This document shows positions 1 through 9,121 of a stretch of DNA of 64,000 bases, piece after piece. The first letter of the stretch is position 1; the number at the start of each line of letters is the position of its first letter. The stretch comes from a virus (Duplodnaviria > Caudoviricetes). A program made the position numbers and the translations under genes. The DNA lies in IMG/VR virus record IMGVR_UViG_3300028048_000038, positions 192,001 through 256,000 of that record; one strand, given 5' to 3'. The notes under the pieces are model-generated. The model saw nothing but the letters and a program-made list of their open reading frames with translations. It ran no database searches and was not told where the DNA came from.

Positions 1-2161
1 CAGTAGCGTAGATTTCATATCCACCACTAGGCTTCGATATAACTTCAAACTTAGTGTTGTCAAACACGCTAGTTTGTGTTGTCTTGACTTCTATTGCACA
101 GCAAGTTAACGCTGACTCTGGAATAGAATTTTTTAGTTCCGCTATCTTTTTCCTTTCCCCGTTGGTAAACGGTATTGGGTTATCTACTGTCACGCCACCT
201 TCCGTGTGTAATAGCTCAAAACTATATGAGGAACTATTACATGACTTCGGTATAAGCTTTGTCAGCGTTATTGTCACTTGGGTAGTGGAATCATCCAAAA
301 CAGTTGGTACAGCAGTCGCTTCATAGTCCTCGTTCATATTTGTTGTAGCAGTGATTTCATAAATCTCACGGTTCTTCATGCCCATTGGGTATTGAATATT
401 TTTTGGCGAGTTAAAAGCAATATCAACTTTATTTACATTATAATAATATGAACCAGCCCTAATGCTTAAATCTGTCACTAAGTTTCCACTTGGAGTAGTA
501 GAGCCTTTATCTATTTGCGTAAGCACAATTAAAGGTGCGTCAGGAGCAGGCATTTGATATACAGTGAACTCATTCGTGCAGTTTGACAAACTAGCGTTTG
601 AATATCTGACTGTGACTTTGAAGCTCTTCTCTACGGATTCTGTGTTCGGGTCAGCCGTAAAGAACACTTCCTTATGACCCCAATTATCACTAACGTGGTC
701 TAGCCTTGGGTTGGAACACGGATGCTCAATACCGTCTGTGCTGAATGAGTAGGTGATGTTACCGTTGCAAGGACTGGTAACCAAAGAGGTATTGTATTCG
801 AAGTTATAGGAAGATGAAGTACCACCGCTTGCAGGTATTTGTCTACTACTACTTGTGCTTGATGGTACGTAACAGCCTTTGGTCTTAACACTTTCGCAAT
901 TTGTACAGTCAAGAGGAGTACCTCCTTGTACTATTTCAAATTCCTTCTCGCACGGGTTAATTCCGCTAGAATCTGTTATGTATAGTATAAGAGTACACCG
1001 CCTAGAATCTGATGATTCATTTTCAGATAAAACAATATTCAATTTATCATCAGCTATACCGCTTACAAGCCAATCACATTCATCTTTTTTAACAACGCCA
1101 GTTAATCTAGCGCAGTCATTAAGATATTCTGATGTAACATCAATTAAAATTCTATCAGCACTGTAACTAGCACTATGTGATGTTGTGCTTGAAGTCCAAG
1201 CATTTGTACAATTGCATCCTTCTTGTTTTATTGTTACTTTTTTTGAAAACTCCCCACAAAATGTGCCACTCATCCTTTTTAGCATACTTGCAGTGTATTC
1301 AACACCTGGCACGACTGATTTATCGCTGTCAATGATATATCCGACTTGAGTAAACTGTGCCTCCCTGTCATCAGTTGAACTATTTGGGTCTATAAGACAG
1401 TGAACATACCATCTACCATCATTATATACATATCTAAAGTTATTTATGTCGCCTCTTCCTAGCCATGAAGGGCAATAGCCAGACAGCAAGTAAAAGCCTT
1501 TATCAGACAAAGCATCTCCGCTTTTATTAGAATATGTTCTTGCTATTGACTCACGAGAACCACCGTTATGGTCAATAAGATAACCACTTAAATAATACCC
1601 ACCGCTGCTCCATGAAGTGTCTTGTAATTTTTCGCAATTTATAGTAGGACTCTGTATGTATGGTTTAGCTATTGTCTGGCAAACAGTACCATCCCTTAAT
1701 GTTATGTATATATTGACAACGCAGCTTCTTTCAGGCGATGACCTTAAAGGTAATACATCGGCATAAACTGCATATTTCTTATTGGCTTCAAGCTCTTCAA
1801 CTCTAACTAGATTTTCACCATCACTGTAGAAAATGCTACTTGCTGAACTACTACAATATGCACTAATTGAGCCACAGCCTTGTGTATTTGCAGAAAAAAG
1901 CATTACATTCCTTTCCATTACCCTAGGTGTGGGCAGATATGTGTTGGTGTATACAATTCTACCCTCTATATTGCTGCAATCACAATGTATTTCACAAGGC
2001 GGAACTTCGTAGTCAACAGATGAGCTGCAACCTTCATCGTCAACGTATGTTATCGTGTACACAATAAAATCATCTCCAACTGTATTACTAGGTATGTTGG
2101 CCACCCCGTTGTCATCTATGGAAGCACCACCAGTTTTTGGGTTTATATCCCATGTACTCAT
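1..2161 (-). CDS. Cys-rich modular Ig/BACON-like tail-fibre-associated protein (gene C); 3'-truncated by the window edge and absent from the ORF track
   Basis: ATG at 2161 gives MSTWDINPKTGGASIDDNGVANIP...YTITYVDDEGCSSSVDYEVPPC. The frame is open wherever spot-checked (start, ~530-960, window edge ...DNTKFEVISKPSGGYEIYAT). It has modules such as IPASGG...ADPNT...CTNEFTVYQ, and its N-terminus is paralogous to 2378..3265. Confidence 0.8.
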   Translation of the reverse strand, partial: MSTWDINPKTGGASIDDNGVANIPSNTVGDDFIVYTITYVDDEGCSSSVDYEVPPCEIHCDCSNIEGRIVYTNTYLPTPRVMERNVMLFSANTQGCGSISAYCSSSASSIFYSDGENLVRVEELEANKKYAVYADVLPLRSSPERSCVVNIYITLRDGTVCQTIAKPYIQSPTINCEKLQDTSWSSGGYYLSGYLIDHNGGSRESIARTYSNKSGDALSDKGFYLLSGYCPSWLGRGDINNFRYVYNDGRWYVHCLIDPNSSTDDREAQFTQVGYIIDSDKSVVPGVEYTASMLKRMSGTFCGEFSKKVTIKQEGCNCTNAWTSSTTSHSASYSADRILIDVTSEYLNDCARLTGVVKKDECDWLVSGIADDKLNIVLSENESSDSRRCTLILYITDSSGINPCEKEFEIVQGGTPLDCTNCESVKTKGCYVPSSTSSSRQIPASGGTSSSYNFEYNTSLVTSPCNGNITYSFSTDGIEHPCSNPRLDHVSDNWGHKEVFFTADPNTESVEKSFKVTVRYSNASLSNCTNEFTVYQMPAPDAPLIVLTQIDKGSTTPSGNLVTDLSIRAGSYYYNVNKVDIAFNSPKNIQYPMGMKNREIYEITATTNMNEDYEATAVPTVLDDSTTQVTITLTKLIPKSCNSSSYSFELLHTEGGVTVDNPIPFTNGERKKIAELKNSIPESALTCCAIEVKTTQTSVFDNTKFEVISKPSGGYEIYAT

Positions 2162-2195
2162 AGTTATACTATTACTTTTTTTATAATTCATTATT

Positions 2196-2285
2196 TTAAC
2201 TTGCCATGAAAGTCACACTACCTCCATGACAATCCACTTGTCTGCTAGGTGTGATGTTATATGATACACCCTCACAAGGTCTTGG
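2196..2285 (-). repeat. 90-bp near-perfect copy of the 3' end of gene 3291..4388 (matches 3291..3380)
   Basis: Direct comparison shows 2 mismatches; the copy includes the TAA stop. Confidence 0.95.
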
Positions 2286-2287
2286 TT

Positions 2288-2326
2288 CTAGCTGTACTAG
2301 GACTAATACTCCATGCCATATTCTAT
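2288..2326 (-). repeat. 39-bp exact copy of the start region of gene 2378..3265 (matches 3234..3272)
   Basis: ctagctgtactaggactaatactccatgccatattctat occurs at both sites. Confidence 0.95.
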
Positions 2327-2377
2327 ATTATTTATCTGTTTAAATTAGTTTAATAATTATAAAGAAAAAATATATTT

Positions 2378-3265
2378 TTAAAGTTCACACATTCCTCCAG
2401 TTACCCTCATAACAATATTATCAATTCTTATGCCATAGTTTATACTTGCGCACACTTTGCATGGTCCACAAATTTGAGGCCAAGGGTTGAACGCATAACA
2501 TTGACTATCTGGTATATCACATGATAAACAAGCACCATTCCATCTCATGTCATAGTTTACAATTTCATGCTTTAGTGTTGCTACCATATTAGGTATATCG
2601 AAGTCTATTGAATTTAAAATCTGTTCCTCAGTCCAACTTGAATCAACTTCAAATTTTGCTATTCCTGTTGTCTTTCCAGAAGTACTAGTTCCGCCTCCAG
2701 CGACAACACTAATATTAATATTTTTATTAGGAACTTTTAATGTTACGTCAACTGAGCCTTTTTCAATATTTGTAAATTGTACTGTATATGGTATTGAAAC
2801 TTGTTTTGTTGGTCCGCCGCCTCCCGCTTTTTGTCTTACAGTGGCAACAAACTCACATCCGTCATCTGAAACGAACACGGCTCTTCCTTCCCTATATCCT
2901 CCACTGTTATCTTCAGCTTTACAGACATAGACATAACGTTCACTGTCCCCACCAGTTGATAAATAGGTTATCCAAGAATCAGAATCACTTCTTGAGAATG
3001 TAAGAGGTGACTTAGACTTAGTTGACATTGCAACACCAGCGCCCACATTATCCTTAGCACTTTCTTCTGCGTTGAGGTTAATAAATTGATATACTGTACA
3101 GTCTGTTGGTGAACAACCAGGGATGGTGTATGTCGTACTTGAACTACACCCATCCCCGTCTGTATAAGTTATTCTATAGGTTTTGCTGTTGCCTACAGCC
3201 TCTGGAAACCAAGCATTACCACTATCATCTATACTAGCTGTACTAGGACTAATACTCCATGCCAT
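2378..3265 (-). CDS. Cys-rich Ig/BACON-like putative receptor-binding/fibre accessory protein (gene B)
   Basis: 295 aa; BACON-like segment SWIT...EDNSGGYREGRAVF...TVRQ; N-terminus paralogous to gene C. Confidence 0.6.
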   Translation of the reverse strand: MAWSISPSTASIDDSGNAWFPEAVGNSKTYRITYTDGDGCSSSTTYTIPGCSPTDCTVYQFINLNAEESAKDNVGAGVAMSTKSKSPLTFSRSDSDSWITYLSTGGDSERYVYVCKAEDNSGGYREGRAVFVSDDGCEFVATVRQKAGGGGPTKQVSIPYTVQFTNIEKGSVDVTLKVPNKNINISVVAGGGTSTSGKTTGIAKFEVDSSWTEEQILNSIDFDIPNMVATLKHEIVNYDMRWNGACLSCDIPDSQCYAFNPWPQICGPCKVCASINYGIRIDNIVMRVTGGMCEL

Positions 3266-3290
3266 ATTCTATGTTATTATTTATTATTAT

Positions 3291-4388
3291 TTAACTTGCC
3301 GTGAAAGTCACACTACCTCCATGACAATCCACTTGTCTGCTAGGTGTGATGTTATATGATACACCCTCACAAGGTCCTGGACCTGGGTCACAGCTTGGGT
3401 CACTTGAACAATCTGGGCATGATTGATAAAAAGTGTATGAATTACTAAGTCCGTGATAACTTACCGATAATGTTCTGCTATTGCTGCATCCTCCAATACA
3501 ACAATCACATGACCCAAATGAACTGCTGTCACCTCCAGCGCTTTCGCTTCCACTTCTATCATCGTATGGCGATGAATGATAAACAGTTCCACAATCATCC
3601 CTCCATTCATATCTGTCATAGAAATAACCAGTGGATGATATGCTAAAGTTTCCGCCATCACAACCAAAACTTGATGATGTAGTTGGGTATACGCTTACAC
3701 CTGTATAATGTCTTCCTTCGTAAGAATTCCACCCACCTCCAAGCGCTGCTTGGCATATTGTCGTTGTGCTACTATGACTTGCTCCTCTAAACACAATAGA
3801 CCCAGTGACTGTTGTACACCTTCTAGGTGCTGTTCTTGTCTCAGGCTGTCTTCCGATTGAGTAGTAAGGATAACTAACTGAGCCATATGTACCTGGGTTC
3901 CAAGACACCTCATTATCAGCAGTGTCTGACACGTTATAGCTTGTAGTAGAGACCATGCAAGAATTGTTCATTGATTTAGTGTATCTTGTGTAAACATGAG
4001 AATAGCCAAGTTGCTTGCTTCCACCACATTGCGAAATATCTCCACTAGCAGATGACACTGAGAAACTGTAGAATCTTGTGTACATCATAGAAAGGTCTTT
4101 TTGGTCAACCAACTGGTTTGGTGCATATGCAACGCCAGTTGCCAAAGAAACACTGTTAACTATTATCCCATCTCTATCGCCATTTGGAGTCGCTCCTTGT
4201 ACCCACGTTTGTATAACGCTTCCTCCAATCAACTCACTATATGTAGGGCAGTAATCGTCTCTATATGTGCTGCTAATGTACATTGGAGAACCGTTGGCGC
4301 TGTTTTGTACTTCACTGCCAATGAAGTTCTTCAAGTATGCTATTGTAACAACTCTAAGACATTCGGTTTGAAAATCTATACATGCCAT
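3291..4388 (-). CDS. Cys/Ser/Gly-rich tail-fibre-associated protein (gene A)
   Basis: 365 aa; directly downstream of the S74 fibre gene; repeated CxGG beta modules. Confidence 0.6.
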   Translation of the reverse strand: MACIDFQTECLRVVTIAYLKNFIGSEVQNSANGSPMYISSTYRDDYCPTYSELIGGSVIQTWVQGATPNGDRDGIIVNSVSLATGVAYAPNQLVDQKDLSMMYTRFYSFSVSSASGDISQCGGSKQLGYSHVYTRYTKSMNNSCMVSTTSYNVSDTADNEVSWNPGTYGSVSYPYYSIGRQPETRTAPRRCTTVTGSIVFRGASHSSTTTICQAALGGGWNSYEGRHYTGVSVYPTTSSSFGCDGGNFSISSTGYFYDRYEWRDDCGTVYHSSPYDDRSGSESAGGDSSSFGSCDCCIGGCSNSRTLSVSYHGLSNSYTFYQSCPDCSSDPSCDPGPGPCEGVSYNITPSRQVDCHGGSVTFTAS

Positions 4389-4418
4389 ATTATTAATAAT
4401 TTTGTAAGTTGATTTTTA

Positions 4419-6296
4419 TTATTTTTTATCTTTTAAATTTTTTATTTCTTTCTCAAGTTCAACGATTCTACCGTTAAGCATTGCGCAGAAATCCTCAAGA
4501 TAAGCTGTCTTCAATATAAGTAATGATGTATAGTCAACAGCAAGAGTTCCATCATCCTTTGTATGTACTAATTCATTTAGACCAACCTCTTGAACTTCTT
4601 GTGCTATAACGCCATATACTTTTCTCTTAGTATCATCATCTTTGAAATTAAATGACTTTGTGAAGATATTCTTTACCTTGTTTATATCCTCACGTTCAAC
4701 AAAATTAATATTCTCCTTTAAGTTTCTATCTGAAGAATATATTGCTTGACTTGCAGTTATTGTACCAGTCACACACACATTACCATTTAAATTGGTTGCT
4801 CCAGTTATGTTTGTTGTAGTGCCGCTAATGTTAGTGGTCTTCTCTTTTATAGTAAATGTACCATTATCACCACACTGTTCAAAGTTCACAGCATTACTAT
4901 TAACACCGAATCCATTACAGAATTCGAATGCCACACTACCACCTGTAGTACTACACTGCTTAAGTGAGAAAATATCTGATGTTACCTCAAATTTTCCACA
5001 CGTACTAATGGTTGTATTAGCCTCGGTAATGTTGAGGTTTGTACCACTAATAGTAGTTGCTGGAGACTTCAGTATAGTGCTTGTTGATTCTGTAATAGCA
5101 AGAGTATTTCCACTATAATCAGCAGTTGTTGCACTTTCGTTAAGTGTACCAATAACTGTAGTAGCAGTAGTTGCACTTGTATATGCACTTGTTGATACTG
5201 TATTAGCAGTATTAGCCTTAATGTTTAAAGTTTGTGTTTGACCACCGTCTGAACAGTCAATACCTATGTTTGTCTTGTTAGTGCCGACAAATGCTGCAAT
5301 ATCTCCAGCAGTAGCACAAAGGTCATCATTTGCAGTTACAATTATACTAGATTCAGAAGATGCTGCCGTAATATCTTCAACCGCTGTGATACCTACTGCA
5401 CCTTCTGAATGTATTGCTGTGTTACCAGTGGTCATAAATGTAGTATTACCAGTTGTATTGAATACTGTGTTACCACTTTCATTCGTTGTAGTAGTGCCAT
5501 TGTTATTGTAAGTGGTAGTGCCACTAGTGTTTACTGTCTTATCATTCTTATTGGTTTCACTTACAACACCATCCTTAACCTCAGTAGTAGTTCCACTTAC
5601 ATGAAGATTTTCAGTTCCTACAACTGTAGTTCTTGTCGTAGCACTCTCATTTAATGTTGTTACTGTCTCGTTCTCGTTTGTAACCTTCACTGTAAACGTC
5701 TTTCCAGTACGTGTACCAGTACCATCACCATCAGTAATGGTAGTATTACCACTAAGGTCGGTCTTATCAGTCACAGTTAATGAACTGAATGAAGGATTAC
5801 CACCTCTCATTGCGTAACGAGACATATCGATAAAGAAACCAGCACCATCATTAACACCATAATCATCTGTTGGGTTAACGTCCTTGTTATATTTATCTTT
5901 CTTGCCATTAACCTTATCATGCTTTGTGGTGTTGCTTGCTGCAACTTGGTTAAGTTTGATGATAATCTCTGATGTGTTGTTCAAAAGGTCATCATTTGAG
6001 ATTCCATAAGAACCCATTGCATCTGCTATTGGTGAATCACCGCTAGTTGACTGTGGACCACCGTCACCTCTCACATAGCCAACGTAAGGCATGACCTCTT
6101 TTCTCTCCATCCACTCAATTGTTTGAGCATCTGATGAGAATCTCACCACACCATTCTCAGTGTTCTTAATTGAAAGGAATTCTTTGTCTTTGTAGTTGTT
6201 AACTGCAATTTCACCAACCTCAAGTGTAGCTGGTGTTGGCTGCCTATCCGCAATACTGCTATGGATATGTTGCAGCTTTCTTCTGTCTTTTGCCAT
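4419..6296 (-). CDS. Tail fibre with C-terminal intramolecular chaperone (peptidase S74)
   Basis: N-terminal PTPATLEVGEIAVN fibre motif; Thr-rich beta repeats; YSSDRNLKENI...YGVIAQEV...AVDY followed by a coiled coil. Confidence 0.85.
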   Translation of the reverse strand: MAKDRRKLQHIHSSIADRQPTPATLEVGEIAVNNYKDKEFLSIKNTENGVVRFSSDAQTIEWMERKEVMPYVGYVRGDGGPQSTSGDSPIADAMGSYGISNDDLLNNTSEIIIKLNQVAASNTTKHDKVNGKKDKYNKDVNPTDDYGVNDGAGFFIDMSRYAMRGGNPSFSSLTVTDKTDLSGNTTITDGDGTGTRTGKTFTVKVTNENETVTTLNESATTRTTVVGTENLHVSGTTTEVKDGVVSETNKNDKTVNTSGTTTYNNNGTTTTNESGNTVFNTTGNTTFMTTGNTAIHSEGAVGITAVEDITAASSESSIIVTANDDLCATAGDIAAFVGTNKTNIGIDCSDGGQTQTLNIKANTANTVSTSAYTSATTATTVIGTLNESATTADYSGNTLAITESTSTILKSPATTISGTNLNITEANTTISTCGKFEVTSDIFSLKQCSTTGGSVAFEFCNGFGVNSNAVNFEQCGDNGTFTIKEKTTNISGTTTNITGATNLNGNVCVTGTITASQAIYSSDRNLKENINFVEREDINKVKNIFTKSFNFKDDDTKRKVYGVIAQEVQEVGLNELVHTKDDGTLAVDYTSLLILKTAYLEDFCAMLNGRIVELEKEIKNLKDKK

Positions 6297-6482
6297 AATG
6301 TGTTATTTTACTTAAATAAGTTATTATAAGAAAAGTAAGTAAAGACTTACTTAATAGTTTATAATAAATATTATAAGATAAATAAAAATAATAGTTTATT
6401 TGCAAGATTTATATGAAATATAATATCTTAATTATTTAAATAATATAAAGAATATATTATAATTTATATATAGTAATATACT

Positions 6483-6803
6483 ATGGGGTATGTATATTTA
6501 ATTGGGGAAAAAGACAGACCAAATAACTATAAGATTGGTTCAACGAGAGCCAAGAATATAGTGACTCGTTTGAATCAACTTCAGACGGGTAATTCTTCAG
6601 AACTATACATTAAGGAATCATACGAAACTGAATATCCTTTCAAACTTGAAAAAATGCTCCACAACCACTTTAATTCGTCTCACCTTATAAATGAATGGTT
6701 TGAGTTATCCGAAAACGATGTGGAGACTTTTAGGGGTGTTTGTGAGGAAAAGATAAAGGTAATAGAGTCATTGAAGGACAATCCCTTTTATTTCAAGGCA
6801 TAA
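6483..6803 (+). CDS. GIY-YIG superfamily (T5orf172/MUG113-like) protein
   Basis: GYVYLI...YKIGST...RLNQLQTGN...LEKMLH...EWF. Confidence 0.85.
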   Translation: MGYVYLIGEKDRPNNYKIGSTRAKNIVTRLNQLQTGNSSELYIKESYETEYPFKLEKMLHNHFNSSHLINEWFELSENDVETFRGVCEEKIKVIESLKDNPFYFKA

Positions 6804-6840
6804 AAAAAAAAGAGCAACCTTATTTGGCTGCTATTTTTTT
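6803..6840. terminator. Bidirectional intrinsic terminator
   Basis: A-tract, imperfect hairpin agcaacc/ggctgct, T-tract; lies between convergent genes. Confidence 0.6.
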
Positions 6841-8160
6841 TTATTTGACTAAATATTTTTTTCCATCCTTGATATACACCCCCTTGGGCAATCCTTCAAG
6901 CGTATTGCCGACCTTATGACCTTGGAGGTTATATACAGCACCATCATTACTAGCTTCTATCTTGGTATTTACAATTGCCGTTGTTCTTTTCGGCTGCGGT
7001 ATGTACTCCTTTGGTGGCACAAATGCCAACAAATGTAGCCAATAATTATTTTCTATTAATGCACCATAGTCTCCAATTTGTCTCCATAGGCTAGGTTGAA
7101 ATATTACATAATAAGGATGATAATAATACATACCATTGTCATCACGTCCATCAATAATGAATATATGTCGTCCACCTCCTGCCACAACTGGAATACCCCT
7201 TTCAAGGTATGAATCAAGAAAATTCCAATATTCTTCATCTGGAAGTTCTAAATATTCTCTAGTATATGAAGTTCCACTTTCATCCCAATGCTCTATACAT
7301 TCACCAATTATGAATTTTACTTCCTCATACTTATAGATGTTTCTCATCACATCATCCCATTTAACTATGTATTGCATTGCATTGGTTGCTGTCCCATAAT
7401 GGGCATAAGTTACTTTAAATGCACAGCCTACATGATATAAAAGTTCCGCAACAGCATTCGCCTCTTCATCAGTGTACCCATAACCATAATAGTCTTTTAT
7501 TAAATCCCATTTAAACTCTGTGTATGGAACTGAAACATCAATACTGCTACCACTTGGTTCACTTGGTTTCCAAACCCCTATAGTGGTATCAAATGCATCT
7601 ACACTTTTTGGGTATTTGAAATAGTTCATTACTTGTGAAATTGCGGTAGGTCCACAGCCACTCCATGCACGTCTTTCAAGTTCGGTCTCTCCTTCAAAAA
7701 TCTCTGGACAATACCTATTAAATGGTTCTCTCTGCCCCCAACGATTCGCTGCTGGCATAATTGGTTCAATTACAGTGGTATTCCTTGGAACATACTCTGA
7801 TGGAATCTCCTTATATGACCCACCCCTAGTAGTACCACGACCATCACAATCTAATATTGGTATCAATTCCTTCAACTCACTTGGGATGTTATTCTCATCA
7901 ATAGTCTGCTCCTTTGAATACGCAAGCACCTCTGGGAGTCTCTCATCACCACTCATGATGACACAGCCCTTTCCATCCTCCGCATTGAAGACGTAATAGG
8001 GCTTCATCACTTCCTCACCTCTTGTAACTGCACGTGGTGCTTTCAGTTTCTTGTCACTTAGGAACTTCTGAGCCTTTTGAAAAGCCTCACTCTCTGATAC
8101 CTTTTGCGCATTAATTGTTAATGATATAAATGCGCATAACAAAAACATTATTTTCCTCAT
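6841..8160 (-). CDS. C10 (streptopain/interpain-like) cysteine protease with signal peptide, I69-like propeptide and T9SS C-terminal domain
   Basis: Likely start MRKIMFLLCAFISLTINA at 8160; WGQREPFN; catalytic-Cys region SGCGPTAISQVMNY; HIFIIDG; CTD VYNLQG...LPKGVYIKDGKKYLVK. Confidence 0.85.
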   Translation of the reverse strand: MRKIMFLLCAFISLTINAQKVSESEAFQKAQKFLSDKKLKAPRAVTRGEEVMKPYYVFNAEDGKGCVIMSGDERLPEVLAYSKEQTIDENNIPSELKELIPILDCDGRGTTRGGSYKEIPSEYVPRNTTVIEPIMPAANRWGQREPFNRYCPEIFEGETELERRAWSGCGPTAISQVMNYFKYPKSVDAFDTTIGVWKPSEPSGSSIDVSVPYTEFKWDLIKDYYGYGYTDEEANAVAELLYHVGCAFKVTYAHYGTATNAMQYIVKWDDVMRNIYKYEEVKFIIGECIEHWDESGTSYTREYLELPDEEYWNFLDSYLERGIPVVAGGGRHIFIIDGRDDNGMYYYHPYYVIFQPSLWRQIGDYGALIENNYWLHLLAFVPPKEYIPQPKRTTAIVNTKIEASNDGAVYNLQGHKVGNTLEGLPKGVYIKDGKKYLVK

Positions 8161-8176
8161 ATGATTTAATTTTTTT

Positions 8177-8208
8177 GTAAAGATACGATTTTTTTCTGAA
8201 ATAACAAA
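8177..8208 (-). promoter_or_regulatory. Bacteroidetes-type promoter for the C10 protease
   Basis: TTTG-N19-TATCTTTA. Confidence 0.65.
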
Positions 8209-8225
8209 AAAATAGTATGTAAAAA

Positions 8226-8257
8226 CTTGTTTTTTTAACATTTTTTGTATATCTTTG
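8226..8257 (+). promoter_or_regulatory. Bacteroidetes-type promoter for the metallophosphoesterase
   Basis: CTTG-N20-TATCTTTG. Confidence 0.7.
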
Positions 8258-8277
8258 CATAAATGTATTAAATATTA

Positions 8278-9105
8278 ATGGTTAGACAAATTATACACTG
8301 TGCAGATATACATATCAGAAATTTTTTGAGATTGGAGGAATATTCAGAACAACTAGAGAAATTCATTGAGAAATGCAAGGAACTCTGTGAGGGCTTTGAA
8401 AAGGATGAGGTAAGGATTGTCATAAGTGGCGACTTGGTACACTCCAAGAACACCATATCAAATGAACTAATGGTATTCACAAGTTATTTCCTAAGACAAC
8501 TTGAGGAAATAGCCACCGTTATTGTCATTGCTGGCAACCATGACCTTATCGTAGAGAATCAAACACGTACCGATACAATGACAGCATTATTCGACACGGC
8601 AGACTTCAAGAATTGCAAGTTCTTGGATGCAATGTTGGATTACAAGAGTGGGTGTGCGATTGATGATAATGTTGTATGGGTTTTATACTCCATATACGAT
8701 GACTTCATGAGACCAACAACACTTGAAGAAACAAAGGGGACAAACCCAAATTCTAGGTTTATTGGATTGTTTCATGGCCAAATAATTGGTTCTACATTAA
8801 ATAATGGTTACGTATCAGACAGTGGTCTTGATGGTACTGCGTTTGAGGGTTGCGATTGTGTAATGGCTGGGCATCTTCACAAACGGCAAGTGCTTAAATG
8901 TGGTGATACGGAAGTTGTGTACCCAAGTTCACTGATACAACAGACATATGGGGAAACGGTATCCCAACACGGATTTGCCGTATGGAATGTTGAGGATATG
9001 TCTTATAAGTTCATAGACATTGATAATGATTATGGGTTATACGATGTGGAAATAAATGATATTAATGATATTGATGAGGACAAAGAAAAGCTGATTAACT
9101 TTTGA
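8278..9105 (+). CDS. Calcineurin-like metallophosphoesterase (SbcD/Mre11/T4 gp47-like nuclease)
   Basis: Motifs DIH, GDLVH, GNHD, FHG, GHLH. Confidence 0.85.
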   Translation: MVRQIIHCADIHIRNFLRLEEYSEQLEKFIEKCKELCEGFEKDEVRIVISGDLVHSKNTISNELMVFTSYFLRQLEEIATVIVIAGNHDLIVENQTRTDTMTALFDTADFKNCKFLDAMLDYKSGCAIDDNVVWVLYSIYDDFMRPTTLEETKGTNPNSRFIGLFHGQIIGSTLNNGYVSDSGLDGTAFEGCDCVMAGHLHKRQVLKCGDTEVVYPSSLIQQTYGETVSQHGFAVWNVEDMSYKFIDIDNDYGLYDVEINDINDIDEDKEKLINF

Positions 9106-9120
9106 TAGTTAGTCAGCTTT
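9087..9120. terminator. Hairpin terminator between convergent genes
   Basis: aaagctgattaact-tttgat-agttagtcagcttt. Confidence 0.7.
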
Positions 9121-9121
9121 C

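Noticed and set aside
3266-3290. Readthrough or simple frameshift fusing genes A and B
   Set aside because: The 25-nt spacer is out of frame, has a TAG in the B frame two codons before the ATG, and shows no evident slippery site.
2196-3380. Diversity-generating retroelement TR/VR pair
   Set aside because: There are only two mismatches, one is not at an adenine on the coding strand, and no reverse transcriptase is in the window.
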